A stretch of 64,000 nucleotides of DNA from Candidatus Marinacidobacterium sp. (lineage in GTDB: Bacteria; Acidobacteriota; Vicinamibacteria; Marinacidobacterales; Marinacidobacteraceae). The stretch covers positions 2,752,001-2,816,000 of the forward strand of contig OZ242011.1 in the NCBI GenBank assembly GCA_965204755.1, given 5' to 3'. Position 1 is the first letter of the stretch. Every line of letters starts with the position of its first letter. This document shows positions 19,798 to 28,725 of the stretch, in pieces. The notes under the pieces are model-generated. The model was not told the origin of the DNA and searched no databases. It saw only the letters and a list, made by a program, of their open reading frames with translations. Made by a program: the position numbers and the translations under genes.

Positions 19798-20937
19798 GTG
19801 TTCGAACGCCCGTTCTGGGTCGAACGGATCCGCGACGCCTGGACCCGGCGGCCCGTCGTCTACCTGTCCGGCGTCCGCCGCGCGGGCAAGACCACGCTCG
19901 CCCGGATGCTCCCCGAGGCCCGCTTCCTGAACTGCGACCTGCCGTCGGTGGAGCGCGCCCTCCATCACCCGGAGTCCTTTTTCTCCTCGCAGGATCCGGA
20001 CGCCGTGCTGGTGTTCGACGAGGTCCAGCGGCTCGCCGACCCGAGCCTCGTCCTCAAGATCGCGGCGGACGAGTTCCCGACCCTGCGCCTCCTCGCCACC
20101 GGTTCCTCCACCCTCGCGGCCACGCGGCGGTTCCGCGACTCGCTGACCGGCCGCAAGGAGGCCGTCCACCTCTGCCCGGTCCTCTGGGAGGAGTGCGCGG
20201 AGCCTTTCGGCATCCGCGGCCTCGACCGCCGGCTGCTGCGGGGCGGGCTGCCCGAACTCCTGCTCGCCCCCGACCGGCATCCCTCGCGGTATCGGGACTG
20301 GATCGACAGTTTCTACGCCCGCGATGTCCTCGACCTGTTCCCGGTGCGCGGGCGGCGGGGGTTCCTGGCGCTCCTCCGGCTGCTCCTGCGCCGGAGCGGC
20401 GGGTTGCTCGACTTCGGCCGCGCCGCCCGGGAGGCGGGGATCAGCCGCCCGACGCTCGACGCCTATCTCGACGCGCTGGAGACGGCGCACGCGATCCGGC
20501 TCGTCCGCCCGTTCTCCCGGGGCGGCGCCCGCGAGATCGTGGCGCGGCCCAAGTGCTACGCGTTCGACACCGGCTTCGTCACGCTGGAGCGCGGGTGGGA
20601 CCGCCTCCGGGAGGAAGACCGGGGCGCCCTCTGGGAACACCTGGTTCTCGATTCGCTGTCCTGCCGGGTCCCGCCGGAGAACCTCTTCTACTGGCGCGAC
20701 AAGTCCGGGCGCGAGTTGGACTTCGTCGTCCGCCGGGGCCGGGACCGCCTGGACGCGTACGAGTGCAAGATCGACCCCGACGAGTTCCGCGGGAAGGCGC
20801 TGGACGCGTTCCGGGAGCGGTATCCCGAGGGCCGGAACTTCGTCGCCGGCCCGTTCGTCCGGGAGCCCTACCGGATGCGGCGGGGCGGGCGCGAAGTCAC
20901 GGTGACCCCGATCCGCTCGACCGATCCCGCGCGGTAG
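19798..20937 (+). CDS. AAA_14 ATPase with DUF4143 C-terminal domain
   Basis: GVRRAGKTT, FDEVQ, ATGSS, GGLPE, KCYAFDTG, YWRDKSGRELDFV. Confidence 0.85.
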   Translation: MFERPFWVERIRDAWTRRPVVYLSGVRRAGKTTLARMLPEARFLNCDLPSVERALHHPESFFSSQDPDAVLVFDEVQRLADPSLVLKIAADEFPTLRLLATGSSTLAATRRFRDSLTGRKEAVHLCPVLWEECAEPFGIRGLDRRLLRGGLPELLLAPDRHPSRYRDWIDSFYARDVLDLFPVRGRRGFLALLRLLLRRSGGLLDFGRAAREAGISRPTLDAYLDALETAHAIRLVRPFSRGGAREIVARPKCYAFDTGFVTLERGWDRLREEDRGALWEHLVLDSLSCRVPPENLFYWRDKSGRELDFVVRRGRDRLDAYECKIDPDEFRGKALDAFRERYPEGRNFVAGPFVREPYRMRRGGREVTVTPIRSTDPAR

Positions 20938-20959
20938 CGGCCGGGTACCATCGAGCGCC

Positions 20960-21790
20960 GTGGCGACTTGGGCCGTCGGGGATGTGCAGGGGTGCTTCGG
21001 CGCCTTCCGGGAGTTGCTCGACCGGATCGGCTATCGGCGGGGGCGCGACCGGATCTGGCTGGTGGGCGACCTGGTGAACCGGGGGCCGGACTCGCTGGGG
21101 ATGCTGCGGTGGGCGCGGGAGCAGGGCGACTCCGTGCGGATGGTTCTCGGGAACCACGACCTCCACCTGCTGGCGCAGCACGCGGGGGTATCCGTGGCGC
21201 GGAAGGGGGACACGCTCGAGTCGGTGCTCGCGGATCCGGAGGCGGACGACCTCTGCGACTTCCTCGCCGCGCAGCCGTTCCTACACGAGGAGGGGCGGTT
21301 CGTCATGGTGCACGCCGGGTGGCTGCCGGCCTGGGACTTCGCGGAGGCGCGCCGCCGCGCCGCCGCCGCCCGCGAGGCGCTCGCCGCCGACCGCCGGGGC
21401 TTCCTGGAGCGTCTCTACGCGGTTCGCGGCGACGGCCGGCGCGCGGCGGCCGGAGGCGGCTCGGAGGCCGATCACGCGGCGGCGGCCGCCGCGTCGGTGT
21501 TCACCCGTATCCGGCTGGTGGACCGCGCCGGCGAACCGAAGTACTCCTTCGACCAGCCCCCCGAAGCGGCGCCGGAGGGTTGCGCCCCGTGGTTCGCGCG
21601 GGCGCGGCTGCCGGAGGATCGGACGGTCCTCTTCGGCCACTGGGCGGCGCTGGGGCTCCAGGTCAGCGACCGGGTCGTCGGTCTCGACTCCGGCTGCGTC
21701 TGGGGCGGCTGGCTCACGGCGTTCCGCCTGGAGGACGGCGCCCTGCGGTTCGCCCGTCCCGCCGCCGGGGAAGCCCGCCGAGCGGGTTGA
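20960..21790 (+). CDS. apaH: Symmetrical bis(5'-nucleosyl)-tetraphosphatase
   Basis: GDVQGC, GDLVNRGPDSL, LGNHDLHLL, HAG, FGHWAALG, LDSGCVWGG. Confidence 0.93.
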   Translation: MATWAVGDVQGCFGAFRELLDRIGYRRGRDRIWLVGDLVNRGPDSLGMLRWAREQGDSVRMVLGNHDLHLLAQHAGVSVARKGDTLESVLADPEADDLCDFLAAQPFLHEEGRFVMVHAGWLPAWDFAEARRRAAAAREALAADRRGFLERLYAVRGDGRRAAAGGGSEADHAAAAAASVFTRIRLVDRAGEPKYSFDQPPEAAPEGCAPWFARARLPEDRTVLFGHWAALGLQVSDRVVGLDSGCVWGGWLTAFRLEDGALRFARPAAGEARRAG

Positions 21791-21803
21791 GCGCGCCGCC
21801 CGG

Positions 21804-23201
21804 TCAGTCCGGGACCCGGCGGAAGCGGCGGGGGTTCCCGGCGGTGGTTACCGCGCACTCCGGGGACGGCCCGCCGTCCGGGGCTTCGGCGAACTCGATC
21901 CGGGTGAACGGGTCGCCCTCCGGGTGGAACACGCCGTCCCCGACGGGCGCGAGGCGGCGGCCCAGGCCGTGGAGGGCGCCGTCCCGAAGCGTGAAGGTCA
22001 CCGGCGCCCGGCCGGGGTCGTAGGTCCCGGCGTAGCGCTCCAGGTCGGCGGGGGTTGCCGCGACCTCCTCGATGACCGGCTGCTCCATGCCGAGGACGGC
22101 GCGGGCGATGCGGTTCTCCAGCAGGCCCGGCCTCCCGCCGCCGGAGTTGATGAGCACCGCGATGCCGAGTTCGACCTCCGGGTAGTAGGCCAACTGGGCT
22201 CGGAAGCCGTTGATGCCGCCGCCGTGGGACACCTTGGCGAGCCCGTGTTCCCGGCCGAGCGCGAGGCCGTAGCCGTAGGGGACCTCCGCCCCGCCGACCA
22301 ACTCGCCGGGGGCGGTCATCCGCTCGTAGGACGCCGGGGACACCGCCCCGCCGGCCACCAGCGCCCGCTGCCAGACCAGCAGGTCGCGGACGCTCGCGCC
22401 CAGCGAGCCGGCGGCGTAGGGCAGCCTCATGCTGATCGGCTCGTCGTTGCGGAAACCGCCCTCGCCGTCCGGTTCGTAGCCCGCCGCCCGGTCGGGGACG
22501 ATCGGGGCGTTGTCCAGGTAATGGGTCCGTTCGAGGCCGAGCGGTCGGAAGAAGCGCTCTTCCAGGAACCCGGTGTAGGTCGTCCCGGACAGTTGTTCGA
22601 TGAGGATGCCGAGCAGGTAGTAGCCGGAGTTGTTGTATTGGTAGCGGTCGCCGGGCTCGAACTCGAAGGGGGCGCCGCCGAAGAGGGCCGTCATCGCCTC
22701 GTGGTCGAGGTCGAGCCGCGCCTGCGCCCAGAACTCCTCCATCTCGGTGTAGCCCTTGATCCCGGAGGTGTGGTTCAGCAGGCGCTCGACCGGGATGGAG
22801 AAGCCCTGCGCGTCGTAGTCCGGGAGGTAGCCGCGGAGGTCGGCGGCGAGGTCGAGGTGGCCGTCTTCGACGAGGGCCATCGCGGCGGCGGCGGTGAACT
22901 GCTTGGTGACCGAGCCGATCCGGTACACGGTGTCGGCGGTGGCCGGGACGCGGTGTTCGAGGTCGGCGAGGCCGAACCCCTCGGCGAAGACGGTCTCGCC
23001 GCCGCGGGAGACGCCGACGGAGAGGCCGGGGGCGGGGTGCGCGCGGAGGGCTTCGGCGGCGAGGGCGCGGACGGCTTCCGCGGGGAGGTCGCGGGCGCCG
23101 TCGGGCGGGGCGGGGGTCTCGCCGCAGGCGGCGGGGAGCCACGCCGGCAGGAGGAGGAGCGGGAGGAAGGCGGCCTTCCGCCGTCGTCGGGAGGGGGACA
23201 T
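21804..23201 (-). CDS. Serine hydrolase, beta-lactamase/AmpC-like lipoprotein
   Basis: IGSVTKQF (SxxK), LLNHTSG, YNNSGY (YxN), HGGGING; start at ATG 23201. Confidence 0.88.
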   Translation of the reverse strand: MSPSRRRRKAAFLPLLLLPAWLPAACGETPAPPDGARDLPAEAVRALAAEALRAHPAPGLSVGVSRGGETVFAEGFGLADLEHRVPATADTVYRIGSVTKQFTAAAAMALVEDGHLDLAADLRGYLPDYDAQGFSIPVERLLNHTSGIKGYTEMEEFWAQARLDLDHEAMTALFGGAPFEFEPGDRYQYNNSGYYLLGILIEQLSGTTYTGFLEERFFRPLGLERTHYLDNAPIVPDRAAGYEPDGEGGFRNDEPISMRLPYAAGSLGASVRDLLVWQRALVAGGAVSPASYERMTAPGELVGGAEVPYGYGLALGREHGLAKVSHGGGINGFRAQLAYYPEVELGIAVLINSGGGRPGLLENRIARAVLGMEQPVIEEVAATPADLERYAGTYDPGRAPVTFTLRDGALHGLGRRLAPVGDGVFHPEGDPFTRIEFAEAPDGGPSPECAVTTAGNPRRFRRVPD

Positions 23202-23251
23202 GCCCGGATCGTAGGTTGCCGGGGGGCGGCTCGGGGCCGCCGGGCGCCGCG

Positions 23252-23866
23252 TCAGCGCGGGTCGGGGGGAGGGGCGGAAGCGGCGGAAACGGGGAGGGTT
23301 TGCGGCCCGCAGCCGCCGGCGGGGCGGAGGAGCAACTCGGTCTCTCCGTAGCGGAAGTCGGCGGCGAGGCGGGGGAAGCCGGACGGTTGCCGGGGGCCCG
23401 GGCCGCTCGTCCGGGAGAGGTCGGGGTCGAGCGCCAGCCGCCGCCGGCCGTGGTAGATGCTCGTCGGGGTGATGACGATCTCGGCCCGGAAGCGCCCGGT
23501 CGATCGGTCGGCCGGGGCGCCCGGCGCCGCCGCGGCCGGGGCGGCGATCTCGCCCTCGACGGTGAGCCGCTCCCATTCGGGCTCGAGGCGGCGCCGCCCG
23601 CCGTACCAGGTGAACTGGCTCACCAGGCGCCCCGGCGCGACCGCCCGGACGCGGCCCTCGTCGTTCCGGACCAGCACCTGCCGGAGGCAGGGGGCGACCT
23701 CGAAGGCCACCGGCACATAGATGCTGCGGGCGAGCGGCCGGGGATCCTCCGCGCCGTCCGCTCCGGTGGCGAGCGCGGCAGCGGCGAGGGCCGCCGGCAG
23801 GCCCGCGGACAGGCCCGCCGCGAACGCGCCGCGCCGCGGCGTCCGATCCCGTTGCCGGAAGCGCAT
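23252..23866 (-). CDS. Hypothetical secreted protein
   Basis: ORF with signal-like N-terminus, co-oriented with neighbours; no family recognised. Confidence 0.5.
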   Translation of the reverse strand: MRFRQRDRTPRRGAFAAGLSAGLPAALAAAALATGADGAEDPRPLARSIYVPVAFEVAPCLRQVLVRNDEGRVRAVAPGRLVSQFTWYGGRRRLEPEWERLTVEGEIAAPAAAAPGAPADRSTGRFRAEIVITPTSIYHGRRRLALDPDLSRTSGPGPRQPSGFPRLAADFRYGETELLLRPAGGCGPQTLPVSAASAPPPDPR

Positions 23867-23980
23867 GACTGGTTCCGGTCATTATGGTAACGAATATGAA
23901 CGGACGGTTACAACTCCGCGTATTTCGTCACCGAACCGTCTCGGCGACGCGCCGCCCCCGGGAGCGGGGAGACGGCGGGG

Positions 23981-24919
23981 TCAGCGCTTCTTCCGCACCG
24001 TGGTGGCGAACGCGCCGTCGCCGTACTGCAGCCGCATCGGTTCCCGGGTCTCCAGGTCGTAGCGGTCGCCCGGCATCAGGAAGTAGAAGCCGCCGCCGTT
24101 CGGCAGGACTCGGGTGTTGTCGTAGATCGCCACATAGCCCTGCCCGATGACCTCGAAGCGGTTCCCGCGCACCACGATGGCGGTGTCCTCGTCGAGCCCG
24201 ATCCCCAGCAGGTCGGGCCGCGCCTCCACGATCTCGAGCAGGTCGAAGTGGCGGTTCCGCACCAGCAGGTGCTGGTCGATGGCCACGCCCCGGACGAAGC
24301 CGAAGCCCTCCTCGTGGTCGCCCATCATGACCGTGTTCCCGCCGGTGTCGCCGCGGGCCAGGTATTCACCCTGGATCGTGGCCCCGGCGGAGGAGCCGCC
24401 GATCACGCCGCCGCGGGCGAGCAGGGCGTGGAGTTCGCGCTCGGTCCGGGTTCCGGCGTAGGCGTCCACCAGCCGCCACTGCCGCCCGCCGGGGAACCAG
24501 ACGCCGCGGGCCTCGGCGATCGGGGCGGCGAACGCCTCGGTGTCCGCTTCGGCGGGGTCGTAGGTGTGGATGACGGTGAGGTTCGCCGCGCCCAACTCGC
24601 GGAACCGCCGGGCGCCGGGGTACCAGCGGTCGTAGTCGTGGTCCTCGCCGCCGCCGGCGGTGGGGATGATGACGACGGGCGCCTCCGGGCCTCCGGCGAG
24701 CGAGAGGAAGCGTTCGAGGATGGCGTCGTCCCGGAGGGCGCCGCCGACGATCACGAGCGAGCCGTGCTCCGGCCCGGCGGCCCGCCCGACCGGGGCTTGC
24801 GCGGCGGCCGTCGTCGCCGCGGTTCCGGCGGCGAGGAGGAGCGCGGCGGCGAGTCGGGGGCGGCGGCGGCGGAGCGGGGCGGCGGCGGCGGGGCGGGAGC
24901 GGCGAAACGAGTCGAACAT
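23981..24919 (-). CDS. Cyanophycinase / peptidase S51 family, with signal peptide
   Basis: LVIVGG, IIPTA, FPGGRQ, GGSSAGA, IDQH, GLDEDTA. Confidence 0.85.
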   Translation of the reverse strand: MFDSFRRSRPAAAAPLRRRRPRLAAALLLAAGTAATTAAAQAPVGRAAGPEHGSLVIVGGALRDDAILERFLSLAGGPEAPVVIIPTAGGGEDHDYDRWYPGARRFRELGAANLTVIHTYDPAEADTEAFAAPIAEARGVWFPGGRQWRLVDAYAGTRTERELHALLARGGVIGGSSAGATIQGEYLARGDTGGNTVMMGDHEEGFGFVRGVAIDQHLLVRNRHFDLLEIVEARPDLLGIGLDEDTAIVVRGNRFEVIGQGYVAIYDNTRVLPNGGGFYFLMPGDRYDLETREPMRLQYGDGAFATTVRKKR

Positions 24920-25071
24920 CGGGAAGTCCTCCGGGCGGGCGGGGTCGGGTGAAGTCGGTCGCGGCGGCGGATTGTCCCCCCTTTTTCCGCGCTCTCGTTC
25001 CGGCTGTGAGCAGGCAATGAAGATGTCGTGGGGGCGGCGGGGAAGAAGGCAAGGAGCGGTGGGTACGCAAG

Positions 25072-25102
25072 AAGCCCCGGAGCGCGGAACTCCGGGGCTT
25101 TT
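25072..25102 (-). terminator. Probable rho-independent (possibly bidirectional) terminator downstream of the FN3 gene
   Basis: AAGCCCCGGAG-cgcggaa-CTCCGGGGCTT stem with short T-rich tails on both strands. Confidence 0.65.
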
Positions 25103-25146
25103 CTCGGAGGGGAGCGACCGGGGAGCCCCCTCCGGTCAGGGGGTCG

Positions 25147-28132
25147 TCAGGAAGGGTTGCACTCGATGAAGTGGCTCTCGTGGGGACTGGCCGAGGTGAT
25201 GTCGAAGACGGGGGCCGGAAGAGTCTCATGCTCCACCCGGATGTCGGCGCTGGCCGCGATGTCCGTCTGGACCTGGTAGTAGGTGGACGCCGGCACATTT
25301 CCCGTCGCCAGCGATGTCGTCAACGGCGCCCCCCAACTCGCGCCGAGCACTGTCGCCGAGCCGATTCGCAGCCGCACTGCGCTGCTGCTGACCTCTCCCG
25401 TCCGAGTCGTCGGGACGCGGATCGGAACATACCAACCGGTCCGGGCGGTGGAGGAGCCCGTCTGGAACGACTCGAAGGTGGGGTCGGTATAGATGGTGAA
25501 GGCAGTGTAGGCGGCGGAGCGGGGAGTCCCGATGAAGATGCCGGTACTCTCATCCGACCCCTCGGCCTCCCAGCCGTCCGTCGCGCCACCGCGCCGCCGG
25601 TCGCCGTCCGCGTCCCAAGTGCAGGTGATGCTCTGCTCGATCGTCCGGGTGCAGGTGTCGGTGTCCTTGATGCGGGTGAAGGTGGCGCTCAGGTCGAAGG
25701 TCATCTCCGCATCGCACCCCGCGCCGCCATCGCTCGATGAGCACCTTCGCGATGCCGCATCGTTGATCGTGGTCGTGTTGTCGGCGGTCCCGTAGCCCGT
25801 GGATCCGGGACGGTCGAAGTCGGTCTTGCCGAAGTCGCCGTACTGCGGATCCCCGTCGACATCGAACATGTAGATGCTCATGATCGGACGCCAGTTCCCG
25901 GCGGCTCCGAATTCCGTGCCGCGGGTTCCGGTACCGTGCCGAGCGTTCGAGGACTCATCCGGGCTGTAGAGATCGTGATCCTGCCGGGTGCCGTCTATTC
26001 CGAGGAGGCTGGTGGTCGTCGTCACCGTGGTGTCCACCAGCCAGAGGTGCGCATGCCGGGCGTCACGCGGACGATACGCATCCGCTGCATCCCGGTCAGC
26101 GTCGTTGGAGTCGGCCCGGTTCCGGATAACGATGTTGTCGAGACGGGCGGTTCCTGCGATGCCGCTGCCGGTGTACTCGACCCGGAACTGGCCGCCGGTA
26201 CCGATGCCCTTGCCCCAATAGCCGTCCACCTCAGCCTGGAAGTCGTCGCAGGCATCCACCATGTCGGCGACCTCGAAGGGCCGGCTCGGGCAGGTCAGCC
26301 CGTCGAACGGATCGTCGTCGAGGCTGCTCCAAGTCACACGGCTGCCTCCCCAGGCGACACTCGCCGTGGGGTTGATATGCACCCGGTAGCCGCTCACATA
26401 GTCCCGCCACCGCACGGTTTGCTTGCTGCCCGCGGGCACGGTTTCATAGACGCCGTCCGTGATGAGTCGAACGCAGTTCTCCGGCTTCTTGATCCGGCCG
26501 GTTCCCGTCAGGGTGTGCGCTCCCGGAACACCCGCCGCGCCGGCCAAACTGATGTTGGTGGAGGCGTAGGAGGCGGCTCGACCGCCCGCCGTATCGGGGT
26601 GGCAATCGATATCGACGCCGGCGGCGTCGGCGCCGTTGCGGATCGGCCCCGGCTCACTCTGCGTGGTGGCCGAGTCGTCCCGGTTGAGCGCGCCACCGAA
26701 GTGGTTGCGGGCGGCGTTCCCGGAGCCGCCGGCGTCCAGGTCCAACGCCGTCGGAGTAGAAGCAGCGCTGATGTCGGCGCCGCGCACCCGGTAGGCGCCG
26801 CCGCCGAAACTGACATCGGAGAACTCATGGGTCACGGTTGCGCCGTGCGTGGCGGTGTAAGTGAAGCCGATATCAACGCCGTTGCCCTGATCGTGAGCCG
26901 CGTCGTTGTTCGCCATTCCCTTCACCAAGTTCAGGCTGGCGTCGAAATCGCTGCAGGCGGCGGAGTCCGCCAAGGTGATGTACGGAGCGGCCGGCTCCTC
27001 CATGGCGGCGTCGGAGCAGCGGAAGGGGCCGCAGGTGATGTAGAAGACCACATCACCGGTCGGAGTCGCTTCCTGCCCCCCCCCCCCCCCCCACCGTCAC
27101 CTTTTCGAACTTGAAGACCGCGCCCTCGCGGACCACCGACATCTGCGTCGCCGACCACGAAACATGCGTGAACGGAGTCCGGTCGGAACCGGCGGACACC
27201 ACAACCGAACCGGCCCCCTCCATGAACATCGGCGTAACCCGCGCCGAGTGCGAGGAACTCACCATCATCTTGGTGTTCACGGTCGCCATCGCCGTCTTCG
27301 CGTCCGTCCCGCTGTCCGGGCAGAACGCCTGGCCCCGGCACGCGCGGTCGGCGTCCGCATCCGGTGGACTCATGCTCACCGTCAGCGGGCTCGGCGCCAC
27401 ATCGCTCGTCGCCATCACCGCGGCGCTCCAGTCGCCCGCCGTCCGCGCCGGCCGGCTGACTTCCGCGCGAACCCGGATGTACATCGTCGTCTCCGGCTCC
27501 ACCGCCACCCGGTGCGAAGTCGCGGTAACCGTCTGCAGTTCGGCCATTTCCAAACCGTCCTCCGAATCCGCAACCTGCACCTGGTAGCCCTGCGCGTTCT
27601 CCACCGCGTCCCATTCCCACTCGACGAAGTCCACGCCCGTGGCCTTCACCCGGACCGTCGGCGCGCCCAGAACCAACGGGGCCGCATCGCTCATCCCGGT
27701 AACCGCCTCCGTCCAGTCGCTGTCGTTCGCCTCGTCCGAAACGGCCCGCACCCGCGCGTAGGCGGTCGTGCCCGGCGCCACCGTGAACCGGTGCATCGTG
27801 CCCGTGACGGTCGCGGTCGAGACGGAACTGAAGTCGCCCTCGGTCGTGCTGAGTTGGATCTCGTAGCCGCTCGCGCCTTCCACGGCTTCCCAACGGAACT
27901 CGATGTAGTCGGTCCCGCTGGAGGCGACCGTCAGCCCGCCCGGGGCGTCGAGGGTCGGCGTCGGGGCCGGGGCCGGCGGCGCGGGCGCCGGGGCCGGGGT
28001 CGTGGTGGTCGAGTCGTCGCCACCGCAACCCGACAGCGCGAGGCCGGCGCCCAGCATCAGGACGACGGGCATCAGGGCGAGAAGGACAGTCAGCCCGCGC
28101 AACGGACTCGACTTCCCGATGATCTGAACCAT
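25147..28132 (-). pseudogene. Large surface lipoprotein with two N-terminal FN3 domains, frameshifted at a G17 tract (~994 aa if in frame)
   Basis: ATG 28132 with upstream GGAGG; lipobox ALSGC; FN3 x2; frame 1 stops at 27053 and the second frame continues QEATPTGDVVFYITCGPF... to 25147; C17 on + strand at 27076-27092. Confidence 0.75.
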
Positions 28133-28673
28133 GCCGTCTACCTCCTGCAGAACGGTGGTGGACGGTCCCCCGGAGTTCCCCGAAGGCCCGCGCCGATGCG
28201 GGGTTTGCAGTGTACCGGTACCGGCTTCCGACCGCCAACGACCCGGCGCGCGCCGCGCCGGACGATCATGAGCGGGGTATAGGCAGAATCCGGACGCAGA
28301 CAGCGAGGCCGGCGCCCCGCTATCGGTCGTTGCCGGGCGCGGTCGGTTCCGCCGGTGACGGGGTCGGCCTCCCGGGTCAGCGGGAGACGGCCGGACGGCC
28401 GCGGGAAGGGCGGCGAAGCCTCGGCGGAGGGCGCGGGTGGCCTCGGCGGGCCCTCGGGGGTTCGATCCGCTGGCGGTGGGGTTTGCCCCTCTGCGGTGGC
28501 GAGCCGCCAGGACCCGGACTCGCAGGGAGCGGGTCGCCGCTCGGGCGCCGTCCCGAGCCCCGCCTCGGCCCTCCCCTCCCGGAGGAGTGCCGGAGTCGCG
28601 GGAAGCCACGACCGTCGTCGGGCCCCGAACCTCGCCTCGACCCTTCCCTCCACCCCGCATCCCGAGCCCGAAG

Positions 28674-28725
28674 AGTGTCCACTTTTCGGATCCCATTTCT
28701 GTCCACTTTTCGCGTCCCATCGACA
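28674..28725 (-). mobile_element. Orphan IS21-family-like terminal end
   Basis: Reverse complement TGTCGATGGGACGCGAAAAGTGGACAGAAATGGGATCCGAAAAGTGGACACT: 5'-TG end plus two internal direct repeats, the IS21-end architecture; no transposase nearby. Confidence 0.6.

Noticed and set aside
27053-27055. TGA as selenocysteine read-through in the FN3 gene, given nearby selB
   Set aside because: The downstream coding region is in a different frame, so the break is a frameshift rather than an in-frame UGA
28455-28475. GGGGTTCGATCC T-loop-like motif as a possible tRNA-Sec (selC) near selB
   Set aside because: No TCA anticodon arm, acceptor stem or CCA could be built around it
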